DNA from: an uncultured virus (IMG/VR IMGVR_UViG_3300010158_000034)
Taxonomy: Duplodnaviria; Heunggongvirae; Uroviricota; Caudoviricetes
Direction: 5' to 3' (one strand)
IMG/VR virus record: IMGVR_UViG_3300010158_000034
DNA: 64,000 nucleotides
This document shows positions 18,180 through 26,733 of the stretch, piece by piece. The notes beneath the pieces are model-generated. The model worked only from the letters and a program-made list of their open reading frames with translations, ran no database searches and had not been told where the DNA came from. The position numbers and the translations under genes were made by a program. How positions within the stretch are numbered: position 1 is the first letter of the stretch; each line of letters opens with the position of its first letter.

Positions 18180-18846
18180 ACTAATAAGTTATTCCGCACC
18201 CAGTCAAGACATGCTGGCATCACAAGTGGACAACGTGCAGGAACTGGTAGCGTTCTGTGCCAGAGTTAGTAATCCCAACAATCAAATCAATACAGAAACC
18301 AGTGAACGATTGATTAGATACTTAGTCAAACATCAACACTGGAGCCCGTTGGAAATGGTGTCGGCCTGTTTGGAAATTACCACAACCAGAGACATTGCTA
18401 GGCAGATGTTGCGTCACAGAAGTTTTAGTTTCCAAGAGTTCAGTCAACGCTATGCAGATCCCACACAGGATTTAAGTTTTGTTACAAGACCAGCACGTTT
18501 ACAAGATACTAAAAATCGTCAGAACAGCATTGAGTTGGACGACACTGTTTCTAATCAAATTCTTCGAGAAACTTGGCAGGAACGACAACAGGCAGTGATT
18601 GACCTGGCTCGAGACACTTATGCATGGGCTGTACGCAACGGCATTGCCAAGGAACAGGCCCGTGCTGTGTTGCCCGAAGGCAACACTGTGAGCAGACTCT
18701 ACATGAATGGCACACTGAGAAGTTGGATACACTACATAGAACTTCGCAGTGCCAACGGCACACAACTGGAGCATCAAGAGATTGCTCAAACCTGTGCTGG
18801 TGTGATTGCAGAAATATTTCCCATGGCCGGTGAATTTGTACAATGA
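18169..18846 (+). CDS. thyX: flavin-dependent thymidylate synthase
   Basis: HWSPLE, RHRSFSFQEFSQRY ThyX motif, AKEQARAVLP, LRSW.HY..LR and Q.EH. Confidence 0.95.
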   Translation: MQVKLISYSAPSQDMLASQVDNVQELVAFCARVSNPNNQINTETSERLIRYLVKHQHWSPLEMVSACLEITTTRDIARQMLRHRSFSFQEFSQRYADPTQDLSFVTRPARLQDTKNRQNSIELDDTVSNQILRETWQERQQAVIDLARDTYAWAVRNGIAKEQARAVLPEGNTVSRLYMNGTLRSWIHYIELRSANGTQLEHQEIAQTCAGVIAEIFPMAGEFVQ

Positions 18847-19799
18847 AATTTCTAGTAACCGGCGGTGCTGGATTTATTGGACACAACGTAGTACGACTAT
18901 TAGAACATCAAGGTCATGAAGTTTGTGTGCTGGACAACTTTACCAACTATGGTATTATACCTGACGCAGAATTAACTCCCCTACATCAACAACGTCTTGA
19001 CCGTATCTCAACACAGAGCATACACAATGTAGACATTAGAAACTACAATTACGTCGTAAATGCGTTTGAAGAATGTCGTCCGGATGTGGTTATACACTGT
19101 GCAGCATATCCCCGAGCCAAAGCAGTGGATTTAAATCCTGCAGAAGGCAGTCAAGTGTTGACACAAGGATTGATAAATCTACTTCGTGCCAGCGAGCAGG
19201 TACAGTTACGCAGATTTGTTTACATCAGTAGCAGCATGGTGTACGGTGACTTTGCTCCCTTGGCCTATGAAGACATGCAGTGCAGGCCACGTGGCATCTA
19301 CGGAATATTAAAACTCACTGGTGAAACTCTTACTAGAGATCTTTGTAGAACAGCCGGCATTGACCATGTTGTGGTTCGGCCCAGTGCTGTGTATGGCCCA
19401 CATGATGTTGTTGATAGAGTTGTGAGTAGATTTTTACTCTCGGCCATACGCAATGAAGAATTGACTGTGTGTGGCGCCAGAGAACTGTTGGATTTTACCT
19501 ATGTGGATGATGTAGTGGATGGTATTGTTCGTGCCGCTGTCAATTTCAACAGCAGTGGTAGAACATATAATATTACCCGAGGTGAGGCAAGAAGTTTGGT
19601 GGAAGCTGCCGAATTGGCAGTGAAGATAGCCGGTGGTGGCAGAATAAAAATTGTCGATGCCAATCCTAGATTTCCATCAAGAGGAACATTAAGTAACATA
19701 CGTGCCGGCGAAGACTTTGGTTATCGTGGCACCACAGACATTGAGTCAGGATTTAGAAAATATCATGAGTGGATCACGGATACCCTTCTTCGGCGTTGA
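18843..19799 (+). CDS. NAD-dependent nucleotide-sugar epimerase/dehydratase
   Basis: VTGGAGFIG, SSSMVYG, YGILK (YxxxK), VYGP and DFTYVDD. Confidence 0.9.
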   Translation: MKFLVTGGAGFIGHNVVRLLEHQGHEVCVLDNFTNYGIIPDAELTPLHQQRLDRISTQSIHNVDIRNYNYVVNAFEECRPDVVIHCAAYPRAKAVDLNPAEGSQVLTQGLINLLRASEQVQLRRFVYISSSMVYGDFAPLAYEDMQCRPRGIYGILKLTGETLTRDLCRTAGIDHVVVRPSAVYGPHDVVDRVVSRFLLSAIRNEELTVCGARELLDFTYVDDVVDGIVRAAVNFNSSGRTYNITRGEARSLVEAAELAVKIAGGGRIKIVDANPRFPSRGTLSNIRAGEDFGYRGTTDIESGFRKYHEWITDTLLRR

Positions 19800-20871
19800 T
19801 CGTCAATTCTTGACTCTGCGTGAAGAGATACTTGATGCTGTGGATCAAGTGTACAGATCCGGGCAGGTGTTAGATGGTGACTCGACTCGACGGTTCGAAA
19901 CAGCCATAGCCCGTCGATGTGATCGAGAATATGCAGTGGCAGTGAACAGTGCCACACAGGGATTGATTTTTGCACAACAAGTGATATTGGCACAGGAATC
20001 TCGTGTGTTAATTCCCACCTTGAGTTTTGCAGCCACCATCAACTCGGTACTGTATGCCGGCAATACTCCGGTGTTTTGCGACACCGATGATGCAGCACTG
20101 ATAGATTTAGAAAGCATGGACATGGCCCTAACCGGAGCTGGGGTTAACTGTATCATGTATGCCAACCTGTTTGGACATGTTGTAGACTATGATAGATTTA
20201 GACTGCAAACAGAGTTTTTCAACAGCAACATACGTGTGATAGAAGATGCTGCACAGAGTTTTGGTGCTAGATACAAGGACCAACCCTCGGGCAGTCTTGG
20301 TGACATCGGTGTGTTGAGTTTTGACCCTACCAAGAATCTAAATAACTATGGTTCAGGTGGCATGGTGCTCACGGACGATGTTGATGTTTATCATCAGTTA
20401 CTAAATTTACGTGACAATGGCAAATACCTGGATCATTGCTTCATTGGCACCAACAGCAAAATGAGCGAAAGCGATTCAGCTCAAATGTTGGTCAAACTCA
20501 AATACTTTGATGCTTGGCAAACACGTAGACAGGCTATCGCCGAATACTATACACAAGAACTTGCGGAATGGGTGGATGTGGTATTACCCGGTGAACACGT
20601 AACTTCGGCCTGGAGTAAATTTGTAATACGCTTGAGCGAACGTCATGGCCTGCGTGATTACTTACAGAGTTGTGGAATCGACTCACGTTTCCACTATGAC
20701 ACACCCTTGTTTGAATTGCCTGTGGGTTACAACTATATTGACTATGCTAGAGAATTGTTTAGAGAATCTACAGCGTTTTCGAGAGAAGCAATCAGCTTAC
20801 CGATTTATCCTGAACTGCGTGACACGGAAGTTGAAAGTGTGGTCAATGCGGTTAAGAATTATCTGCGTTAA
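19765..20871 (+). CDS. DegT/DnrJ/EryC1/StrS PLP-dependent sugar aminotransferase
   Basis: AVNSAT, IEDAAQSFG, SFDPTKNL..YGSGG, GTNSKM and SLPIYPEL; likely start is the ATG at 19765. Confidence 0.9.
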   Translation: MSGSRIPFFGVDRQFLTLREEILDAVDQVYRSGQVLDGDSTRRFETAIARRCDREYAVAVNSATQGLIFAQQVILAQESRVLIPTLSFAATINSVLYAGNTPVFCDTDDAALIDLESMDMALTGAGVNCIMYANLFGHVVDYDRFRLQTEFFNSNIRVIEDAAQSFGARYKDQPSGSLGDIGVLSFDPTKNLNNYGSGGMVLTDDVDVYHQLLNLRDNGKYLDHCFIGTNSKMSESDSAQMLVKLKYFDAWQTRRQAIAEYYTQELAEWVDVVLPGEHVTSAWSKFVIRLSERHGLRDYLQSCGIDSRFHYDTPLFELPVGYNYIDYARELFRESTAFSREAISLPIYPELRDTEVESVVNAVKNYLR

Positions 20872-21196
20872 TTTGTCCTTCGTGACTACCTGTTAAGGCA
20901 CGATCAACATAGTCCCCATCCACTGTTTGTTCCACATCAACCTCCACACCCAACTGCCGAGCCAGTGATAAAATTTTACCACGAACAGCACGGTCTTTAT
21001 ATATAGCACTTAAACTATATTGACCTTCACTGTAATCGGTCCAGTCTTGATATAAAGGTATTACTCCGGGGATTTTTTGTAATTCTCTATACAGTTTTCG
21101 TTGCACAGCGGGATCTGTAGCGTCAGGATGCTCTGCATTGGCACAGACAAATTCTATTTCTTTATATTGAGGTACGGAGATTTCGTGTATACGCAT
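20852..21196 (-). CDS. hypothetical protein (MRIHEI N-terminus)
   Basis: 114-aa ORF convergent with and overlapping the aminotransferase end. Confidence 0.6.
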   Translation of the reverse strand: MRIHEISVPQYKEIEFVCANAEHPDATDPAVQRKLYRELQKIPGVIPLYQDWTDYSEGQYSLSAIYKDRAVRGKILSLARQLGVEVDVEQTVDGDYVDRALTGSHEGQINADNS

Positions 21197-21208
21197 CTGG
21201 TATTTGCG

Positions 21209-21907
21209 TTAATAATAGCCGCCACCACCGGCTATATTTTTTAATCCTTTTACAGTATCTCCATATACACCGGATGCTACACCAGCCACACTGCGAGCAC
21301 CAGCCGCTATTCCGCGGGCACCAGCCTTGCCAATATCGCCCACCGTATCCGCGGCCCAGTGAGCAGCACTTTTAACTAGTTCAGTACCAGCGGCAAATTC
21401 CAGTGCCTTGCCTATACCCCAGGCTAATCCACCAGCTACAACACCTGCACCAACAGCTTCATGTGCTTTTTTACCCAATACCAATTCATCTACTGTTTTA
21501 AGAAGACCGATTACAATAGCACCAGTGAGTGTTCCTACGGCTGCACCTGCAAGCACCGCCAGAGTAGCTAAAATTGCGGCCTGTGTCACAGGATGCTTTT
21601 TTGCCCACAATTGATACCTTCCTAGATAATGTAAAACAGTTTTTTTCTCTTCAGGATCTTTGATTGATCCCATTATTTTTTGTTCTAGTTGTGCGACATC
21701 TTGATCAAATGTTTGTACAGCACCGGCTGGAACAGCGAGTATTTTTTGTATAGTGGAATTGGTAGCTTGCTTAACCTCTGCGGCAGCTTGCGGATTAATG
21801 CCTTCTAACAATACGTTAGGGTTGAGTATATTTTCAAAAATACGCCCAATTTGAGCGGGAGTTAAATCTGCTACTCTGTTAGATGTTATAAATTCACTGG
21901 ATCTCAT
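21209..21907 (-). CDS. Ala/Gly-rich protein with hydrophobic hairpin, possible virion internal/ejected protein
   Basis: Likely start MRSSEF at 21907, just after TAAATA; hydrophobic segment AAILATLAVLAGAAVGTLTGAIVIGLL. Confidence 0.55.
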   Translation of the reverse strand: MRSSEFITSNRVADLTPAQIGRIFENILNPNVLLEGINPQAAAEVKQATNSTIQKILAVPAGAVQTFDQDVAQLEQKIMGSIKDPEEKKTVLHYLGRYQLWAKKHPVTQAAILATLAVLAGAAVGTLTGAIVIGLLKTVDELVLGKKAHEAVGAGVVAGGLAWGIGKALEFAAGTELVKSAAHWAADTVGDIGKAGARGIAAGARSVAGVASGVYGDTVKGLKNIAGGGGYY

Positions 21908-21911
21908 ATTA

Positions 21912-23945
21912 TTATTTATTGTCAAAACGTTGTTTCAGCCAGGCCCAATCAAAACTCAACTTCAGCAGTTCATAATCTCCCGCAACTTGATCGTAGTACT
22001 CTACAGCGTCCCGGGCACCGGCCAAACAGTATTCGGCAAAATTGCCTTCAGCCACTGTCAGCCAAGTATTTAGTCTATGTTCTGTTTCCACGGTGGGTTC
22101 TACTGCCATGAAGTGTTTGAGTTTGACCACTTCACGGAATGCAGTCCTCCATGTCATCCAAGCATCTTGATTGAAGTGTGCTACACCAGAAAGTACAGGA
22201 ACACTTTCATGAGGTTGACTCAAGGTAAAATCAATGCCGGGTGTGTTATTTTCCAGCACCAATCTCTTGTTATAAGCGATTATACCCATATGACCATACT
22301 CCAAGCCATTTACAGGATTACGGCTGTTGAAGATATAGTGTTTGGGTTCTTGGAAATAGTCCGGCATCCAGGTCCAATCAAAATCGGCAACTACTTCCAA
22401 TTTAGCAAACACAGCAAAGAACCAAGGGGTCGAACATCGACGTGCGGCTTCTTGATAAGCGGCTGTTCTACCATTGACGCCACGCACCCATTGTACCCGA
22501 TTTTCATATGTATAACTGTCCAATTGGCCTGTGCCGTTTACCAAATGATCGTGCCAGCGTTGTTCGTCGGGTTCTCCGTTACTAATGTATACAATATCTA
22601 ATCTAGGGTCGCAAAACCTATAAACCGAGTCCTTGATGTAGGGATAATCGTAGATTTGCGACTTCAAATCCACCTTGACGTCGCGGGGTACGAACACAGT
22701 ACTACCGGCTTCGCTACACCGCGAAACCACACGGTCTTTAGGACTCCACAAGCACTCAGTACTTTCAATTTGAGTTTGTAAATATCGCACATCTCTTCGA
22801 TTTGTAAATAACACATACGGTGTTTCGAACTGGTATTTCTTTATTTCTGTAACTAAATCGTCTGATTCATAATAATGAACAGGAATCGAAAAACGATTCA
22901 CTGGGTGATCTTCAACATAGTTAATTACGTTGAACCAATCCAACAGTTCTAGTTCAATCATTTGTCGTTTAAATGATTCTACATGTATGCGAAATGTATC
23001 ACCACGTTTCTGAACACCTGTGGGGAAACAATGAATCATTTCTCTTTGTTCTTCCGGAGGGTGCCATGTGAAATCAAAATCAGTGTAATCACAAACACTG
23101 CTGATGATCCAAACAAATTCTGTAGTGGCCATGAACATGATTCTACGGAACACTGTGAGATGATTGTCTACGTATCTTGTTCGTTTAATGTCAGGATGTT
23201 TGGTGCGTAGGTATTCAAATTGATGCTGTGCCATAGTTCCATTTAAAAAATCCATGTAAAATATCTGTACAGCATTGGCGCGAATACGTTGATCAGTGAC
23301 ATATTTTATTCCGGCCGATCCTCGATACACAGGACCGCCATCTCGCTGATGCTGGGTAGGAAATTGGTAACTGTAGTTGGGTTCTCTAGGGTCTGGATGC
23401 CACGAGAAATCAAACTCTGCGGTATCAATTCCTGGAGGTATGCTCCACGATTCCTGCACAGGCACTGCTCGAGCAGTTTGATCTGCAACTAATTTTATCC
23501 CAGCAGTGCCCGGGTATACAGGGCCGCCGGCTGATTGGTGTTGTGTGGGAAAATAGTAACTGTAATCCGGTTCCAGTGGATCAGGATGCCAGGAGAAATC
23601 AAACTCTGCGGTGTCTATATTGTTGGGTATCTTCCATTGATCCCGGTCGGGCTGTCTAACAACCTGTTGTTCAGTTCTAAAATGCCACTCTCTGTTGTGT
23701 ACAGTATTTCGATCGGCCAGATACACGCCACCGTTTCTTTGCCATTGACTGGGCCAAACATGTACGTGCTGACTTTCCCAAGGAACTGGTTGATAATCAA
23801 AATCAAATCCTGTGTAGTCATTGCCACCATAAATATACCAGTAGCGGCCTGTTCGTGACAAAGCGGCCGCATGATCCAAATTGTCAGCGGGCCGTTCAAA
23901 AGCAAATAAATTGGGTTTAGGTCCCCAATAAAAAACATCAAACAT
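21912..23945 (-). CDS. multi-repeat GT-A-like protein
   Basis: C-terminal third resembles 40814-41710 (DIVYISNGEP, GVNGRTAAY..AA, NPVNGLEYG, WRTAFREVVKL). The N-terminal part has FDFxWHP repeats. Confidence 0.6.
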   Translation of the reverse strand: MFDVFYWGPKPNLFAFERPADNLDHAAALSRTGRYWYIYGGNDYTGFDFDYQPVPWESQHVHVWPSQWQRNGGVYLADRNTVHNREWHFRTEQQVVRQPDRDQWKIPNNIDTAEFDFSWHPDPLEPDYSYYFPTQHQSAGGPVYPGTAGIKLVADQTARAVPVQESWSIPPGIDTAEFDFSWHPDPREPNYSYQFPTQHQRDGGPVYRGSAGIKYVTDQRIRANAVQIFYMDFLNGTMAQHQFEYLRTKHPDIKRTRYVDNHLTVFRRIMFMATTEFVWIISSVCDYTDFDFTWHPPEEQREMIHCFPTGVQKRGDTFRIHVESFKRQMIELELLDWFNVINYVEDHPVNRFSIPVHYYESDDLVTEIKKYQFETPYVLFTNRRDVRYLQTQIESTECLWSPKDRVVSRCSEAGSTVFVPRDVKVDLKSQIYDYPYIKDSVYRFCDPRLDIVYISNGEPDEQRWHDHLVNGTGQLDSYTYENRVQWVRGVNGRTAAYQEAARRCSTPWFFAVFAKLEVVADFDWTWMPDYFQEPKHYIFNSRNPVNGLEYGHMGIIAYNKRLVLENNTPGIDFTLSQPHESVPVLSGVAHFNQDAWMTWRTAFREVVKLKHFMAVEPTVETEHRLNTWLTVAEGNFAEYCLAGARDAVEYYDQVAGDYELLKLSFDWAWLKQRFDNK
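23290..23640 (-). repeat. intragenic tandem duplication, 189-bp (63-aa) period
   Basis: GAGAAATCAAACTCTGCGGT at 23404 and 23593; encodes IDTAEFDFSWHPDP...FPTQHQ..GGPVY.G.AGIK twice. Confidence 0.85.
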
Positions 23946-25104
23946 GTATAATATCCACAGTCATTACGAAAATATCTTTTCGTATTTAAACACTATTGTA
24001 ACAGATCCCAGGCTCATTTACCTAATGCCCTACGGTTCAACTCAACCAGAAAATTTTGAATTCTTAATGACTGATATGGGCCATTGGCCAGGAAAACGCG
24101 GACCTCTATTTGTATTTTATGATCAAGAGCCCGTACTGGGAGAATTTAATTATCCCGTATTTGATCAAGTGTGCAAAAACTTCTTAGATGGTGATCAGTT
24201 TATATTAGTTACAACCGAAAAAAATTCCAACTCGGTAGATCTAATACAAGAACGATACAGTTGCCCGGTTGTTTATTATTTCCATCACGCTTTTTCTGCA
24301 AACGATTGGTTTCGCGGATACCGTTACAATCCTTTATTAATTGCACCAGGTGAAAGGCAACTAACTAAAAAATATATCACCTTTAATCGACTAACCAGTG
24401 GACCACGAGTTTACCGTAGTCTCTTAATCAGTGAATTGCTTCAACGTGACATACTCGATGATGGATACGTTAGTTACAATGATGTCTGTCCTGAAGGTGG
24501 TACTTATCAAGAAAATTTATTATCCTCGGCTTTGGTGCCAAGAGTTGTTGCTGAGCAAGCTGTTGCTAGTATCAACCAAATTCAACTACCGTTACGCATA
24601 GATTATCAGGACCATGAATCGATTCCCAATCATAGTTTTGTGCTGAGTGCTGTAGAACAGACACAGGAAAGTTTTGTTTACGTGGTTACAGAAACTTGTT
24701 ACTGGGAACACAAATGTCATTTAACTGAAAAAATATTCAAACCCATTGTGAGTCGTATGCCATTTGTATTAGTGGGACCAGCACACAACTTGGAATACCT
24801 ACGCAGTTATGGCTTTAGAACATTCGGACGTTGGTTCAACGAAAGTTACGATGCCATAGAAGATCCCATCTTACGCATGACTGCTGTGGCAGAGGTGATT
24901 GAGGAAATTTGCAGTTACGGTATGCAGGATCTTGAATTCATGTTGAGAGAAATGACACCCATATTAAATCACAACTACAATCTGTTTTACAGTAATGATT
25001 TTTTAGATCATTGCTGGCAGGAGTTGCAAACTAATCTTGCCGTTGCTGTCCCCAAGAGATCCTGTTCCACACTCGCTCGTGCATCCAAAATAAAAATATC
25101 TTAG
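23944..25104 (+). CDS. GT-B/GT10-like glycosyltransferase-like protein ('TEK' family)
   Basis: VVTET...LTEKIFKPIVSRMPFVLVG...LRSYGFRTF..W.ESYD...ILNHNYN. Confidence 0.6.
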   Translation: MYNIHSHYENIFSYLNTIVTDPRLIYLMPYGSTQPENFEFLMTDMGHWPGKRGPLFVFYDQEPVLGEFNYPVFDQVCKNFLDGDQFILVTTEKNSNSVDLIQERYSCPVVYYFHHAFSANDWFRGYRYNPLLIAPGERQLTKKYITFNRLTSGPRVYRSLLISELLQRDILDDGYVSYNDVCPEGGTYQENLLSSALVPRVVAEQAVASINQIQLPLRIDYQDHESIPNHSFVLSAVEQTQESFVYVVTETCYWEHKCHLTEKIFKPIVSRMPFVLVGPAHNLEYLRSYGFRTFGRWFNESYDAIEDPILRMTAVAEVIEEICSYGMQDLEFMLREMTPILNHNYNLFYSNDFLDHCWQELQTNLAVAVPKRSCSTLARASKIKIS

Positions 25105-25243
25105 TGATTATTTCAGTGAGTGCTATACCTGATGCCAACAGCACTTCACCGGTGATCAGCCAACTTATTAGGAATGTATCTACAGTTCCAGTCACTCGCC
25201 AACTGACAGCTTTGGCTAGACTTCTAACAGCGGTGTCATTCAT
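25031..25243 (-). CDS. DUF2061-like small membrane protein
   Basis: RSLAKAVSWR..GT.DT...HERVWNRI.WG. Confidence 0.8.
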   Translation of the reverse strand: MNDTAVRSLAKAVSWRVTGTVDTFLISWLITGEVLLASGIALTEIITKIFLFWMHERVWNRISWGQQRQD

Positions 25244-26031
25244 TTCAATCCCAACTCTTTTCTTATTTTGGTAGCACTGATATCTGTAATACTAGCATCA
25301 AATGTTTCTTCGCCTGCTGTATAACCTACGCCGCGACCCCAGCCAATGTGTACAATGTTAGGTACCAGTCTAATGTTAAACTGTCCTTGATACACGGGCT
25401 CTAGATCTCGTCGAATGAAACGCACAACATCAAAGAAACCGAACGGATTGCTGTCTTGCCATCCTTGTACATCACGCACTTGAATATCAACTTGCCCTGT
25501 GCGTGCCAGTAATCTTTCAAACAATGCTCTGTGTCCCGCATGCCAAGGTTGCCATCTGCCCATCATCTGTACAGTTTCTTTTTTAGAATCCCACTGTGGG
25601 CGACGACGATTGTCTAGGATATGGTCAGCAACAAAGTCTGCCCATTTCTCTGCCGCTTGTTCTGTAATGCGGAAATCGTATACTTCGGGCTCAATAAAAG
25701 CAGCATTGGTGTCGGCGTAACGTCCCGCACTGATAGTGTCCATCCATATGATCCAATCGGCTTTGTAGTTGTTGCGTTGTTCTACCAATGGAGCAACAAA
25801 GTCGCAGATGACATAGTCAGTGGCGGCGGCATCGGCACGTTCTCTCATGCGAATACTTTGTCTAATTCTACCGGCTTCACTAAAGTCCCAGTCATTTGTG
25901 TCACGTCGCACATCGTCGGCATTGAACCATGCCACTGTACGCCCGGCTTGCCATAATTGTTCTCTCAGTGTTTCTGCCAGTGTAGTTTTTCCTGAGCCCG
26001 GAAGGCCCATTATTAATATTCTTTGTGTCAT
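25240..26031 (-). CDS. adenylylsulfate-kinase-like P-loop kinase fused to HxGH nucleotidyltransferase
   Basis: MGLPGSGKTT, NADDVR, DFS..GR; C-terminal GRWQPWHAGH and ISATKIR. Confidence 0.8.
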   Translation of the reverse strand: MTQRILIMGLPGSGKTTLAETLREQLWQAGRTVAWFNADDVRRDTNDWDFSEAGRIRQSIRMRERADAAATDYVICDFVAPLVEQRNNYKADWIIWMDTISAGRYADTNAAFIEPEVYDFRITEQAAEKWADFVADHILDNRRRPQWDSKKETVQMMGRWQPWHAGHRALFERLLARTGQVDIQVRDVQGWQDSNPFGFFDVVRFIRRDLEPVYQGQFNIRLVPNIVHIGWGRGVGYTAGEETFDASITDISATKIRKELGLK

Positions 26032-26040
26032 GTGTTTCCT

Positions 26041-26733
26041 TTAAAGTAAATGACTGTATTCGGGGAATAGATGATCTCTCAGCAGTCTATGTGATTGGCT
26101 AGTGGGATGAAAACTTGCAAATTTATCCGGCTGAGTCAACATAAATTTTCTTTTCCTAAATGCCATCCCCGAAATACGTTCGTATTCGGTTATTAAATCT
26201 GATCTGTGTATTTCTAATTCTTTTTTTAATCGCGTAAACTCGTCGGCTTGATGTGCAAATATAGATGCAGGATATGATTCGTCTATTAATTTCCCCCAAC
26301 TGGGAACCAACATGTTTAAATTTTTAAAGTGCCCGATATCAACTGAATCCAAGTCACACGACGCTCCAATTAAATTTATAACAATGTTATATTTTCCAGC
26401 CACGGTATTTGCATACGATAACTGATCGATTACTATTTTTTCAACGGAAGCAACGAGACTTGCTTGCCCTTGGTATATTTGTTCTATCGGCATACAGGCT
26501 AAAGGATTATGTACTAACCAATAAACAGCATCACTGTTGTTTTGTATTTTATACCTAGTTAAAAAATTATCCAATCGATGTATTTGATCAAAATTTGACA
26601 AGGCTCCCTTGCACAAATTTACAACACAATCATGCAATGCAACGTACTGAGTTATACTGGGCCCAACCAGCCGATTATGTTCACCAAACTCACCAATGGA
26701 CCAGCTGGCTCCTGTAAAAATTTTCACGAACAT
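26041..26733 (-). CDS. divergent SGNH-like protein
   Basis: TGASWSIG, NLCKGALSN and FHPT...H. Confidence 0.55.
   Translation of the reverse strand: MFVKIFTGASWSIGEFGEHNRLVGPSITQYVALHDCVVNLCKGALSNFDQIHRLDNFLTRYKIQNNSDAVYWLVHNPLACMPIEQIYQGQASLVASVEKIVIDQLSYANTVAGKYNIVINLIGASCDLDSVDIGHFKNLNMLVPSWGKLIDESYPASIFAHQADEFTRLKKELEIHRSDLITEYERISGMAFRKRKFMLTQPDKFASFHPTSQSHRLLRDHLFPEYSHLL

Noticed and set aside
23290..23640. 189-bp duplication as a diversity-generating retroelement TR/VR pair
   Set aside because: Both copies are in frame within one gene, the differences are not adenine-specific, and no reverse transcriptase is present in the window.
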